DNA of 64,000 nucleotides, from NCBI GenBank assembly GCA_002269645.1, contig NIVC01000570.1, positions 372,001-436,000 on the forward strand. The letters run 5' to 3'. Position 1 is the stretch's first letter. Every line of letters begins with the position of its first letter. The stretch comes from Macrostomum lignano. Lineage: Eukaryota. A program made the translations under genes and the position numbers. Below the pieces are notes generated by a model, which had not been told where the DNA came from, made no database searches, and saw only the letters and a program-made list of their open reading frames with translations. Positions 35,431 through 50,400 of this stretch are shown here, piece after piece.

Positions 35431-38400
35431 TCAGTCCCTGTGGCTGCTGCACATGTATCTCCAAGCGGCCAGAGCCAGCAGACTGGCCAACAAGGCACCT
35501 CTAAGAACGTCCAGGTAATGGGAAATGTAGGTTAATAATTTAAGCCTGTAGCGGGCGAGGCGACAAGGCAGGTCGGTTTCGGTCTTTGACAGCTTTTCAC
35601 ACCTGCGTGGGAAGGGTCAGGTGAGGTAAAGCATCATCCATGCTTTCGTTAATATCGATAGAAGTATAAAAGTAGAAACACACCAAGTCCTTTCGGCCGC
35701 TGTAAGACACAGTACACAGACAGGACACAGGTTGCAAAAGTACACAGACAGGACACAGGTTGCAAAAGTACACAGACAGGACACAGGTTGCAAAAGTACA
35801 CAGACAGGACACAGGTTGCAAAAGTACACAGACAGGACACAGGTTGCAAAAGTACACAGACAGGACACAGGTCGCAAAAGTACACAGACCACAGCTCGCC
35901 CTACAGAAGCCCCATCCCATGCAAGTGCTCACAGCCTGTACAGTCGAAACGCGGCTCTCGCCCGTGGTCCCATCAACAGCCAGCTGGGATCGCCCTCGCC
36001 GTCGCCCTCGAAGGCGTCGCCAGTCAGCTGGTTCGCCGTGCTCGGCGACAGACGGCCAGCCTCGGCCAGGACGGCCAAGTTGAAGGCCGCCTCGCGGTCG
36101 CCCTTGGCAACCGCGCGAGTGTAAAAATCCACGGCGGCGCTCAGGTTGGAGGCGTGCGCCAAGCCCAGGCTGTGGTAGTCTCCCATGCGCGTCAGCGCTG
36201 AGGAAAGAATGGTTATGCCCGCTTAGACTACTCTCGGGTTTTGTTCAGTAGTGTGACTGGCGCTGGTAGCCCAGCTATTGTTAATTTACTTGCATGCATC
36301 CAACCTATCAACTCCGCATTTCATCCGATTCACAAATCTCCCTCTCTGTTCTCATCTCCTAGTATCTCATATCTATCACTGATCTCACCTGTACCTTTAT
36401 CTCATTTCCCTCATTTTCCTTTCCTCATTGACTCTGTTCTATCGCGGTCCTCATGCATCTCACTGGTTATACTGATCCCAACTCATCCATTTGCATTCTC
36501 ATTTCAAGAACTATCCCAAACCGTCCAAAATTGAACTAAGAAACTCACACTTGGCGTGTACTTGGTTCTCGTCCCTCCAGACGCTCCTGTTGTAGTGATG
36601 AAACTCGCACTCCTTGGCGAACCTGCCGTTCAGCCGGTTGCTATGCTGGTCGCACAGGTAGGCCAAGTTGAAGTTGGCTACCTCCAATCCGCAGTATGCA
36701 GCTAAGGTGTACCACAGGGCTGAGGTCTCGCTGAAGTTGTTTAAAATCATTATAGCCAGTCTGTAGTCGCCCTCTTTACCTAAGCTCGTAGCTAAATGTA
36801 ATTTTTTTGACACTCACATTTGCTCCTTGCGATAGGCCACAATGGCTTTGGTCAGCAGTGCCCCTACTTTGGGGTTGAGCTCCGCCACGTAACGGGACCA
36901 TCTGCGGGGTATTCGGGTACATTTAGTTGGGTAGATCGGAGGTACAAAGCAAAGATAGATAGAGGTTTGAGGAAAAGGATAGATAGAAGTGTGGTGCAGC
37001 AGGAGGAGAGGGAGGGAGAGGAAGAGGGGTAGAAGGAGGAGTAAAGGGAAGAGGGGAAGAGGGAATAGGGTAGAGGGAATAGGGGTAGAGGGAAGAGGGG
37101 TGGTTTTAAAGTTTATCAAGTTTTTCACATGGATGCTTCAAGTATCACTAGTAGCAGTGTGTAGTAGTAGCAGACTACTCAAGAAGTCCTTAAGATACAT
37201 TTGGGTACTGCTGCGATTCAAGGGGACGGTCGAGTAACAGTCGGCAGATAGGCATGCTGCTAAGCCCCCTCCGCTGACTGCTAGGATACGTCCGCACGCA
37301 CACGCAGGCAGGCACTCGCACTTGCGGTATAAAAAGCTTCACTCACTCGGTCGCCTGTCCAAGTCCCTTGGCAGCCGATGTCCGGCATGTGGCGCCGCCT
37401 GTACTTTGCCACCATGATCGCCGCGTGCAGCAGCCCGCGCCCGGCGGCCTCCGTGAAGTGCCGGAACGCTTCGCGTCGATCCTTTGGCAGTCCATGCTGC
37501 GGGAATCCGATGTCGCGAAGTACGCCGAGGTTGTACACGGCGTCGTGGCCGCCAGAGCGGCGGCTCGCTTGTAGAGATCGATGGCCTTGGCCATGTCACC
37601 CTCGTGCCTCTCGGCGTACCAGCCTAAAGAGGTAGGGTCGCGGGTCGCGCTCGTTGGTGAGCTGGGCCGCCCTCTGCAGATACTGGAGGCCTCGCGCACT
37701 CGGTGGCTTCCGTGACCGCCCTTGATCAGCAGCATGCCGTAGTCATGCGCGGCACCCGCGCTGCCGTCTTCGTCAGCCGCTTTTCTGTTTTTCGATTGAG
37801 ACAAACAGGAGGAATTGTGCGGTATTCCTTAGCCAGGAATGATATCCCTAACTGCTAAACCTTACAGCATATAGGCTGCTTGCAAAGTGTGTTAGGGGCG
37901 GCGGGGAGCCGTCGGCGTTGGGGGCTGTCGCGTCGCGCTAGCGTTTAAACCCCCAAATTCTGCTCTACCAGCGCTGTCGCTCACCTGCTCAATGTTTTTG
38001 TTATATTCTCGTATTTCTTGTATTTGTCGTAACTTCTAACCTCCTAATGCCAAATATAAAATCCGTCGTACAAGGTGTGCCCACCTGTTTGTTCGTTGCC
38101 TGCCAACTCTCGCCGTGACCTCTCGTTGGCTGAAGAGGCCGTAGACATGAATAAATAATCTTAAATTACGAGTACGCTCGTATGCTGGTTCAGTTGAGCT
38201 AGTTATACTATCCTTTCATTCATAGCTTTAACACTCCGCAGCCAATCAGAACTCATATGCATGTAGCTATAAAAGCATCCCGCTTTCCTTTTGACTTCCA
38301 AAGGACTTTCAAAGACGTCTGGACAGGAAATCACTCTCAAGGGCGCACAGCGACCTAGGCGTTCAATTTATCGGTCATGTTAACTTTCTGTTATTCATCA

Positions 38401-41400
38401 CTACCCCACAGCTTAACCACTCACTGGTAGACACATATTGTATCAAAACAAAACAATATTACTATATAATCAGCTACGAATCGATGACTTCTTCTCCTCA
38501 CTTCTCGGCATTTCTCCTTAACTCACTTAAAGTAGCTCAGGCCCTCTTGGACGTTCCTCTGTATGCCGCTGCTGCCCCAGTACAGCAGATCCGCCATCTT
38601 CCGCTTCGCCCAGGGCACCCCGCGACCAGCCTGGTGGCTGATCCACTGGAACAGGTCGTCCTCTGCATGAGTCACCTCCTTGACTCGGTTCTCGTCGGTG
38701 AGTCGCACCATGTCAACCCGGTTGTACTCTTCGTTAGCCAGCTCGTCTTTCTCGCTCGGTGTCCGTCTTGCCAGATGAAAGAAATAAGCCAGCGAGAGTT
38801 CCCGATTCGCCTCAGCCCCGTCCGAGCCCAGGTAGTGCTTGGTTGCCAGGGCCAACAGACTGAGCTGGTGACGACAGCGGAGCACGTTTTCTAGTAGGAG
38901 CGCGTTGGACTGCGGGTTTAGAAGAGCGGATTTGCTGGATGGATGAAGATTCGAAGATTCCAACGTTCATAACTTTCTGTCATTCAAAGCTCATCCTGAA
39001 ACCTCACATTACCAAAACCCCACACCTCTAAACCCCACGTTCCCGAAACCTCAAATCGATGAAACCTCCCATTTTTGAGGCCAAACATAATCTCACATCT
39101 TAGAAACTTCATATCCTCGAAAACTTGCATCTTAAAATATTTTGTTCTCAAAACTGCACGTCCTGGGCTTGCTAATACTCTATTTTTTATCAGTGGAATG
39201 TGTAAACTAAATATGCAATCCTGAATATCATATTGTAAAAAAATCAAACCTCGGTAAAGTCCATGTGTCTGTCCGACTGCAGACCGTAGCTCAGCATGGC
39301 CGATAGCAGAAACTTGGCTGAGCAGTGGCCCAGACAGGCTGACGCATTCAGCAGTGCAGCGCTCTGGTCCATGTTGTCAAAGTGGCTGGTCTGGGAAGGT
39401 GACGAATTGTGAATTTGGTCAAATTAAGGGCCTTTAAAATTGGTTGTGCTGATTTCAACAGCTTCTGGCCTCTATTAAAACACCACAGACCTGTATCAGT
39501 TTCACGGCGAGCTGGTAGGCAAACTGGGCCAGCTGCTGACGGGCTTCTTCGCTTAGCTTCCCCTGCGTCAGTGGCAGCGAGCGCAGCCTCCGCTCCATCA
39601 ACTGCTCGGTGAGGCGCTTACTTCGTTCGACGGCTGTCGCCACCGAAGCTTTGGTTCCGTCCCCTGCGCCGCTGCGACAGACATTGCGACGTTGACGCTC
39701 CTTGGTCAGAGAGAGCCGAGAGATGAACGCGCCCCATGATTGACAAGTGTCTGTTGAACAGGCACATGAGACCACCGAGCTGGCACTTTACTGACTCATC
39801 TTGCGTCTTACTGACTGAACTTACTATTAACATTTCTCTTTATTCTATAAAACAGAAACCTTGAGAAGAGTTTCCTAAAAGACAACAACAGACCAACCTC
39901 TAGTCTGCAAAGCCCGAACTCTCCTATCCAGATCGGCTTCCAGCCTCGCCACGAGTCTCTCGCAGTAGTCGCACAGGCGCGGCCTCAGCCAGTTGCTGCG
40001 CTGCAGAAACCCCGGCGTCATTGGCATCGATCGGGCTGACAGTGGCAGGAGAGCTCGGCCTCGGTACAACACCGTCTGAGCGATGTAGCCGCTGATGCCA
40101 GGAGTCTGGCTGTAACCGCCAATCAGTAGCGCCAGTTCGGAGTCCTCGTAGTGAACGCGATTCGGCCACCTGCGGAATGAGGTTGGGCGTGGAAAGACTT
40201 TAATGAATTGTACAGCCAGCCAGCTAATCAGAACCTAGATAGGGTAAGAGTTCATGGAATCAAATAGCCAGGAAGTCAGGATAGTCAGGAAGTACGATAA
40301 TTCGAGCTGTTTAGAAATACCGAAATACTGATTTCTGTATAATTAAGACGGAAAGGCCAAGAAACTCTAGACATACCTGTGAACAATGTGTTTAAACATG
40401 GTCTTATCCAGCTTATCGAAGACTCCAATCTGAATCTGAAGAAGAGAGGTGCCAATCGAGTTATGTTTCAAAAACAGTCTTACTCATGTAAATTATTAAT
40501 GTACGCGTAAATGGGGAGGAATCCTCATTTATTATCATAAATTGCCACTGTTCGATTTCTGTTCCGTATCTTAGAGCTAAACGTTTTGGTATCACAAAAA
40601 CTGGAGTTAACATCCATTTTAGCCAAGGAAAACTTTCAATTTTTCTCAACGCTGGAACGGAGTAACCGAATCACAAGAAATTCAACGACATTTACTAACT
40701 ATTTGTCAAGCACCTTTTCCTCCATACAATCAAGCCATCCAACGATTCTGTTGGACTTTTGAAGTCCCAGTGTATTCAGTTCACTCCTGTGGCGACTGAC
40801 TGTCTTGTTCGATCCAGTTCATGTGTAATCTTCTCGGTTTTCTCTGCCTCTCTGTCCAGCTCAGTCTTGTTATTCCTCTCTCTCCCTCACTGCCTTCTGA
40901 TTGGCTCTTCTATTCTCACTACTCTCCTCAGTCACCAGCTTTACCCCTTGTGACTGGTGTACAGCAGTCCTGATTTTCACATCAACAGCCATGACTACAC
41001 TCGGTACCATGGGGTGGCTCTCAATGGCGTGAATCCCATGACAAGCACCAGAGACCCATGAGCCCCAAATTGCCGTTGGAGCACACGGATTCGAATTTTT
41101 TGCCGCTGGGGATCCTGACCCCTGCCAATGTCCTACTTTAGGCCCAATAATGCTGGTAAAAATGTTTACGAACCTCGTGCGGCTGCCAGACCAACACAAT
41201 CCGCAACCAAGTCCGCAGGGGAAGCCGATAGCCACTGAGGAAGGCGGATCCCTTCGAGTCTTCCCGGTTGGAATGATGTCCCTGGTAGTGCAGCCTGTTG
41301 TCTTTGGTTATCAACAGGCCGGGCGACCGATGTCGGTTCTCGGCGTCGATGCCCAGCAGGATGTTGCACCAGCTCGAATCGCATGACCTCTCCAAGTAGA

Positions 41401-44400
41401 TCCAGGTTGAGAAGGTGAATCTGAAATATATTTTTATGGGAAGATCTAATGCTAGTTTACACTGCCATAAAATTAAGCCAATTTTTACGTTATCTTTCCT
41501 TAATTTTGTCGATTTGAACAATACATACAATACAATGGTGTGAACGAGCCGTTAGTGAGAGTCGTGAGGTGAAGCTGGAGAGTCAGAGTAACTGGAAGAG
41601 TGAGCTTCCATTCGACGCAGGAGACAGACGAGGGAGTTACCTTCTAAACGGAAGAGGTAAAACATTTAAAAGCATCAGCATAGAGCTGCTCACACTCCTC
41701 TGCCGCCATTGCTATCCCAGTGTTGGAGCAGCTCAGGCTCGTTAATCGGCTGCAGGTGAGTCAGCACGCCAATGTCTCCATGAACTGCCAACGGAAATTC
41801 GTTGAACTGCACTCGCTCTGTTGGATTGATGGATTATTGAGGGTAAATTTTAGGCAAGGTACTTTTGTAGTGGAAGGTAAACTAAAAATGACTAGAAAAA
41901 CTTGTTAGATAAAAAACAAGAAATTACAGTTTCTTCCTTATTTGTTGCTGGTGCAACTGCATGTCAACATCTCAAGTTTCCAGTGAGGAGGCAAGTAGTT
42001 AAGGCAGGCCATTCTGATTACCTTTAAGTACACCGATGCGTACGCAGGCACACCACAGAATATACAGGCATAAACTTCAGCCGGGCATTCAGCGGCTTTA
42101 ACATTCTTATTGTCAAGCATCTCAGTACACTCTGTGCCTTGAATGTCTGAGCCCACGCAAACCAAAGTACATGTGCCTTCGCGCGAGATTCAAATGTGTT
42201 GCTGGACGCCGTTTTACTCAACCTGCAAGCGGACGATCAAAGTCAATCGTTCGCTAATCCAACTAGCACACATTTTCGTGGGTCCATATATTATGGCCTG
42301 ACTTTTCTCAGTGTACACAGTAAGTGCCTTTAACGCTCGTTCATACAGCGATCAAATAACGCCAATTTGGTGTCATCACACAACCGGTACATATTTTTCT
42401 CCCTTTTTCCATGGTTCGCGTGATTTGATGGTCAATTAGATGGCTGTGTGGACGTATCCACGAGTGATCTTAAATATATTCACAAAAGTGACAAATGAAT
42501 ATTATTTATTGATCAACGGAATTATATATAGGGTCAATATGCCCACCAAAATTTAGCATATTCCCCGCAACAATATTTTCGCTTTAGCGATTCATTCTAA
42601 ATCTGATCAAAAAATCTAATAGAGACAGTCAATTTTTAACCGCAAGTCATCAATAACGTGAACATTTACCAACAACGATGAAGAAAAGGGTATAAAAGAA
42701 GCTTTTCATTATAGTCACCTCTTAAATTTAGCAAGCAGTGTGTGTGCGTGTGTGTGTGTGTGTCTGTGCTTGAAGCATAAAAAGCTTGAAGTGTGCAGAG
42801 TTTACTTTTACTCGTATCACTAGATAATTGAGTAGTCAGATTTCAGAGTCCGGCCAGCTTCGATAAAGCTACTTCGATGTACGATGTGTAATGAAAGCGA
42901 AAAATCATTATGTGCAAGTAGATGTATCCACAAGTGTTCCACGAGGACTTGACACTTGAAGAAATTACAAAGCTCAACGAAATTATTTTTTTAGTTGTTT
43001 TGTGTGCCCAATTAGATGGTCCTGGTTGTTATATTTGTTATTGCAATAAAGCTGATCAGCGAATAAGTGCTGTGTAGATTTTACGTTCATATTTAAGAAT
43101 CGGGCGATGGCGAGTAGAGTTCCGAGTCAGGTCAGCTGTGAGTTGTCTTAATCTTCCGATCCATGAAGCCAATTGTACGATGTAAGATGTGGCTCATCTA
43201 ACCATGAAAATGAACGTGGAAGCCCTTCTTCTTCAGCATCGAGAAATGCTCCTCCGACAGCTTGGAATCGTCTGGGTCGGACGGATCCTCCTTCGACTCA
43301 CTTTCGGCCTTGGCCTCCTCCTGGGTGGGCTGGGCGACGGCCAGGGCGGCGCACAGCAGAAGTCCGAGAACCAGTTGCCACTTCATGATTGCTTGAGTCG
43401 AGTCGATTCTTCGAGCTGTGTGTAGATTGAGTCGAGTCTGAGCTTGTTGTGTTGAGCAGTCGGCAGCCTCGAATTTATACGCATCGGATCGGCACGTGTT
43501 TCCGGTCCGTTGAGAGACGTTGTTTGAGATGATGGCTTTTGCGTGAGCAGAGACAGGCGTTGCTTTAAAAGAATTTTATGTAGTGTATATTTGTTTTATA
43601 ACAACTGAGCAAAAAAAGTATCACTCTAGTGTTTTCTCAGTTCATCTTACGTATCGCAGTACTCTGCAGTGTACTGCACTGCATTTGACTCTTAATCTGT
43701 TGCATAGTAAAGCCGAATGACACTATCTATCGCCTGCGCAGAATAAATTCGGAATGTCTACAGATTTTTGTTTCGGCTACTTTGTGTCGCTTTCTGTAGT
43801 TTCCGATGGTAGCTCTTAACTTGTCAAAGGTAGTTTTCTGGGTGAGGGCAATATATCCGCCGTATAACTGCAGAGGTCTCATGCTCCACTGTATTTTGCT
43901 GGTAAACTAACATAATGCCGAGAGTATTGGGCTCAACCTCAAAGTTTTAAACCTCTTTCATGGATTGAGCTCTGCGGATAAAGCTCTGGATCAAGTAAAT
44001 GTCTGGGCGTGCAGGGTGACGGCCCTGCCTCCAATGGCAGTGGCGTCGTCACAGTAACCAACCGAAAATGAAGACAGGGCCTGGCCAGGGATCACTCGGA
44101 AGGCACTCATGACCAGGCTTCAGAGCGTCGGCGTGAAAGCTCAGCCTTTGGATCCTCCCTTTCAGAATCTGGTGGAAGGGATTTGCACGCAAAGTTAAGC
44201 AGTGACCGTAGGGATGGAAATCATGTTCATAATGCACCGTGGAGAGTAGCATGAGCTTTGTGATTTTTAAGGGCCACCTGACACACCTTGATGATTACAT
44301 TATCAAAAGCACTTTTAAGGTTGAGAGAAAGACTGAAGGCATAACTGTCGCCCAGCCACGCCCGTTCTACTATTGCATGTAAAGCGAAATGAAGATATGA

Positions 44401-47400
44401 CAGATGCTTCGTGAAGAACTGGGTAGGTACCATCAGCTCCAAGAGAGTTGAAGGGCTTGAGGGTTCCAACCGCACAGGTGATAGAGTCTTTTGTAACGAT
44501 GCCTGCCACCAAAGTGGCTCCCTACATAGGGTTCTGTTCTGGCAGTGGGTAACTTTGCAAAGATGGTGCTGAGCATTTTTTAAATCATTTCTTAAGAGCT
44601 TTTAGTTAGAGAGCCATCATAATTTCTTATGATGGCTAGTTTGGACATTTTTTCCAATTGTCAGGGGCTTGACAAGCCTAGACGTAGGTTTCGTGATCCA
44701 ACTCATTGTAGAATATCCACCACATACCTTGGCATTCCGCACCTCAGAATTGAAGTTTTTGGGTTACAAGTTTTTGTGGCGCTGCGGTGAGGGCTTTTGG
44801 CCTTCGGTCTGAGCTTCTCCGGGCTACACCACGGACTGAAAGAAGTCTTGCCTTTGTAGGCACGGACAAGACAGGCCGCTTCAAAAGCTGCAGTAATGCA
44901 GTCTGTTTGCGTCTCAGCCATTTGATCGAATTCCTCCCAGGCCTCAATCGGACGCTCGTCCGTGAGTTCCTGCAGGTGCAGATCGAAGGTAGCCTTATAG
45001 GCTGTCCAATCAGTGTTGCGGACGTTACCCCTCCAAGTACTCAAGGCCTGGAGCTGAGTTTCCGCGATGTTAAAGGCGATGGAGCAGACGTCAGATAAAG
45101 TGGGTTTTCGTTGACCAGATCAGAGTCTGGGGTAACGAGTGTGGCATCGAGAACATTGGTGCATGTGGCATTTTCGAAGGTAAGAGTGATTCTGTGGTTG
45201 CAGAGCATAATATTTGAAAAATAAATGAGAACAAGAATCTCCTACCCTCTAGCATTGGTGTCTTTGCTGTCCTAGTGCTTATGATGTGTGTTAAGGTCGT
45301 CCCCCCAAGCACAGCTCAGCCTTCTGAAATTCGTAGTATTGCGCTCGGCGCAGTTAGGGTCCCTGTTACCTAGGATATCACCCTATCACCCTGTCACGCC
45401 AAGAGAGATTGTCAGATTGGATGACACAAAGACCTCCATCTGAAAGATCGCCCTCAGCCAAGCCTGGAGATGGCTGGCAGCGAGGATGGTCACTGTAGGG
45501 CAACTGTTCTCCGGGCCACAAACACTGAAGTCAGAGTAGCCATAAGGAATGTTGAGCAACTTACCGTTGCGCATCCAGGGTTCATGGATTAGGATAAGGA
45601 CTGGCCTGTGCAACTTGGCAGTCTTAATAAAAATTTACTGACGCAGAGGGGCAATAGGGCAATAGATTTATTTGTAGACAGAAAGTTGCTCCTTTGGCAG
45701 AGTGGAGGTTAGTCATAATATACTAAATTCAAGTTATGAACGATTCTCCCGTCAAGGAGACTATACAGGATTTAATCCTTTTCTCATTCCGTCGGGGCTC
45801 GTTCGAGAGATTGACTTGGAGATTTCCGCCAGAGTCCTCAGGCTCCGATGACAAAATGGAAGAGATTTCTCCTCTCGACCCCCGAACCCCATGAGAGTAG
45901 CTGAGGAGAGCTCAGATTCTGAAGACTTGGCTTCGTCCTCAAATCCTCCGTTTGTCAGGTTCTGCTCTCAGAGCCCGACCACACTCCTTGACCTAGGATC
46001 ACCGAATCCCAAGTGGGTTCCAATTGCAGGGTACCAAATTTTTGTTCTCATGCCTTCCATTTGACCCTTTGTGGAATTCTAAGTCTAGGGGACGTGGCCT
46101 TCCATGTTGTCAATTTAAAAGCTATCTACTCATGTCGCTCACCTACCGCACACGCAGTTAAGCCACTAAGAGCAGTTGTATTCGAAAAAACACGGGCAAA
46201 TTCCAGGAAATGCTCGTAGTGCGCCAAAGATTCAAAGATAGCGTATTTACGGTTAACTGCGTGTCTTTATTAGCCATATTGTCCGTGACGAATAACGAAT
46301 CGCCACGAGAAATCATAAATATTTTTTCAAATCTTCCTTCATGTAGCTAATATTTTTTGAAACAGTTCATTAAGCTACTAACTCTTTTTTAAATGGTAAA
46401 ATTCGGCGAAAACGAAGAAATAACTGATAATTGCTGACCTTATCGCATCAAGTCGCAAATTATCTATCGCATCAACAAGTTTTCAATGAATTTCATGCGA
46501 CAAAGCATTCTCCACATTACGATTCGCAACTTGAAAAAATTACAAAGCTTAACAACATTAATAATACGAGTATAGTTGCTTTGTGTGCTCAATTCGATTA
46601 TGATGATCTACGAGCTACAAGTCCTCTACATTACGACTTTCGAATTAAAGAAATTTACAACGCTCAACAAAACAAAAATTATAGCTTTACTGGATGCCTA
46701 ATTAGATGGTACTGGTTGTTATATTTGTTATAACTGATCAGCGAATAAGGGCAGTGAAGATTTCAGGTTTACTTTTTAAGAAGTTCAAAGTCAGTGTTCA
46801 AAGTCCTGTCAGCTGTGAGTTGTCTTAATCTTCCGATCCATGAAGCCAATTGTACGATGTAAGATGTGGCTCATCTAACCATGAAAATGAACGTGGAAGC
46901 CCTTCTTCTTCAGCATCGAGAAATGCTCCTCCGACAGCTTGGAATCGTCTGGGTCGGACGGATCCTCCTTCGACTCACTTTCGGCCTTGGCCTCCTCCTG
47001 GGTGGGCTGGGCGACGGCCAGGGCGGCGCACAGCAGAAGTCCGAGAACCAGTTGCCACTTCATGATTGCTTGAGTCGAGTCGATTCTTCGAGCTGTGTGT
47101 AGATTGAGTCGAGTCTGAGCTTGTTGTGTTGAGCAGTCGGCTGCTGCTAATATATACGCATCGGATCGGCACGTGTTTCCGGTCCGTTGAGAGACGTTTG
47201 AAATGAAGACTTTTGCGTGAGCAGAGACAGGCGTTGCTTTACCCGAATATCATGTAGCGTTTGTTTGCTTGTTGACACCCGAGCAATCAAAAAGCACTGC
47301 TCTAGCGTTTTTTTTCAGTGCAAATTTATCCTACGGCACTGCACTTCAATGCACTCTACTTGACTATGTTGCATAGTAAACCCATATGACACTATCTATC

Positions 47401-50400
47401 GTCTGTGGAGAAAAAAATGCGTACAATTTGGGATATCTACAGATTGTTATTTCGGCTACTGCGTGTCTATTTCTGCAGGTTCTGGTGGTTGTTCTCGACA
47501 TGTCAGATGGTTTTTTGCAATCCTTAGATTCGATTGTTTACTCGATCTGGGTAAGCGGAAAGCAGAAAATACGGAAAAACCAGAAAATAAATGCTTAGTA
47601 TGGTAGACTTAATAGGCTGATAGACCTAATATGGATTTGCTGACGTACTTAATGGGGATCGATTTGCTTGGCAAATCATAATTTGAAGGGGTTCAAACTT
47701 AACTCAGCTACTACTACTTAGGCTGTATATTGATACTGCTTCAAGAGTCTCAGTGAAAGGAGCTTTAAGTCAAGGGAAATTAAAGTGTATGGTCGGTCTT
47801 ACCTTCTCTATTTTCTCCCTGGTCTTTCTATTTATGCTGTAAAAGTTTCCTATGGCAATCGTCAAGAGTCATAAGCGATATTACATGCGGTACGTAAAAA
47901 TTGGGCGACAAAGGGTAGGCCATAGAATAATGCATCCCAGAATAATGCATGTGAAGCACGAGTAGTTGTCGAATATTTATCAATTCTAAGACATACTACA
48001 CAATCTACCATTAAGACCCACTTAATTTACTGGGAAATGTAATAAACTCCGTCAGCTACCTTAGGAAGCGAGCGACAACAGTTCAAAACTAAGGATTATT
48101 TTATTAGTTCGACTCACAGATACTATAACAATTAACATACTATTTATTACTATCTGTGGTTTCACCAGAGAATATCGAGTATACATAGACTGCCAATAGA
48201 GGGGTCTAAAGTGAAGCCGATTTTATTCCTTCCGGGACTCTACTTTTTGGCCATAGACATTGAGTTTTAGCGGGCGCAGTTAAAAAAATTGGCTTGCAAT
48301 ATTCCAATATTGAGACTGTCTATGGTAAAATCCCATTTACCACAATGCATTCAGTCGGTTTCACGGCCCGCTGGAAATGTCTATGACAAAGTCAGAAGAA
48401 AGCGGGGTCAAGGGGCGCTGAGCCCCCTCGTGGGGGTGTGGGGGCGGAGCCCCCACATTAGCACACCAACACTCTAGACAAAGAAAGAGATAATAAAATC
48501 TAAAAATAGTCTATGGCCAAAACTCCTTATTTTGCGAATTGGGACGATGGAGCCAGTAAGTAACATAGGAAAAATGCGAGCGTAGCGAGTAGGCTAACTA
48601 TAACTCAATTGTCAATTCCAAGTCAGCTAGGCATCAGAAACAGTTCCATATATTGATCATATAGTTTAGCTTAAAGGCCATCGAGAAGAAGTACACCTCA
48701 GAGGACGAATTTCAAACCATTCAAGATCGGTGAAGCGCATGAATTGAAAATGAGACCGACATAATTTTACCTTTTTTGTATCAAATAAGCTTTTAATTTG
48801 ACACCGCACGTTGAAAATTTCATGAACACATTGATGAGCATCGTCACTTTCTCACAACAAGATCGGCGAAAAATAAATGAATACATTGACAACCAAGATT
48901 GGCAACAATTAGCGGGATCGCTGAACATTTGCGTCAGTCTGCCAGAACTGAAATCGTCAAACGCGTCCAATCCGGTCGTGTTCAAGCTGTTTCAAGAGAC
49001 CAGGACGCAGCCTCGTCGTTCCTTTGAGCGAATATCATGTGGGAATCCCGGTAGAGACAGTGAAAAAGAGAAACTAAGAATCTATCGATCTACCCGATAG
49101 AAGAGTTTATCAAATTGAAAAAGGCGATAAAAGTTTTTAAAAACAAAATCACCATTACAGTCTTGAGGGGATTGAAGAAAGTGAGATTTAGCAAAAATCG
49201 TATTGTAGAAAACTACCCCGCCACGAAAGCTACTAGCCTTTATCTCGTCTTGCAAATTATTCTCATCTTCTTTTACACTCTCTACCGGGATTCTAAAGTG
49301 GCAGTTTTGCTACTTTGAATAACTTTCGCATACGCTCCTATTTAGTGAAGAAATGAATACCTGGTTGTATTGTGAATATTTCATGAAAATGCAGCACTAA
49401 GTCATGGCAAGTTGCCAGGTAAACATTTAAGGGGTAAGAAGTCGTGAGGGAAAGTAGTCCCCTCTAATGAGTAAGTAGCCAACGTGAGATAAAGATGTGA
49501 ATTAGAAACCTTTTAAATAAAGATCTGCCAGGTAAACCAAGCTCCATCAACTATATCAGACAATCCAGATTGAGTCCATCTCGCAGCCCCAATCAACAAT
49601 CTGAACCTTATCTAGTGGTTACTTTAATGAGAGCTCAGGGGGCTTTGCAGTGATTAAAGAATATATTCAGACAGTTTGATGTCGAAGGATCGAGATGAAG
49701 AAAGAATAAAAGCTGGCAAACTGTGCGCTTCCATGCATATCTGGCCGGCCATGCGTCCGGTTGTCGGCTCACTAAATCCGCTTACCCGTATCACAACTTC
49801 AAACAATCAAAGTACCCTGGTAGTTCTAAGTAGCACCTGACAAGTTGAGAACCGCCATCAGAAACTGCAGAAATCGACACGCAGTAGCCGAAATACATAT
49901 CTGTAGACATCCCGATTTCGCAACTTTTATCTCCACAATCGATAGATATAGTGTCATTTGGTTTTCTTATGCTAATCATTAAAATCCGTATAGAGTGCCG
50001 CGCAGTGCAGTGTGTAGGATAAATTCACACTTAGAAACGCTGGAGCCTTACTTGTTTGATTGCTCAGGTGTCATAAAGCAAATAGACGCTGCAATGATAT
50101 TTGGTTAAAGTAACGCTTCTCTGCTCAAGCGAAAGATTGCAAATCAAACAACGTCGCTCATCGGATCAGACAGGAAACACGTGCCGATCCGATGAGCATA
50201 AATTCGCCGACTGCTGACTGCTCAAGAAAACAAGCTCAGACTCAACACGACTCAAGCAATCATGAAGTGGCAACTGGTTCTCGGACTTCTGCTGTTTGCA
50301 GCCCTGGCCGTCGCTGGGCCCTCAGAGGCCAAGGCCGAAAGTGAGTCGAAGGAGGATCCGTCCGACTCGGACGATTCCAAGATGTCGGAGGAGCAGTTCC

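Noticed and set aside
41938-42221. Cys-rich ORFs as an extra SEL1L3 exon
   Set aside because: The 55425-to-41817 splice already matches the remembered homologue in register; no recognisable motif here
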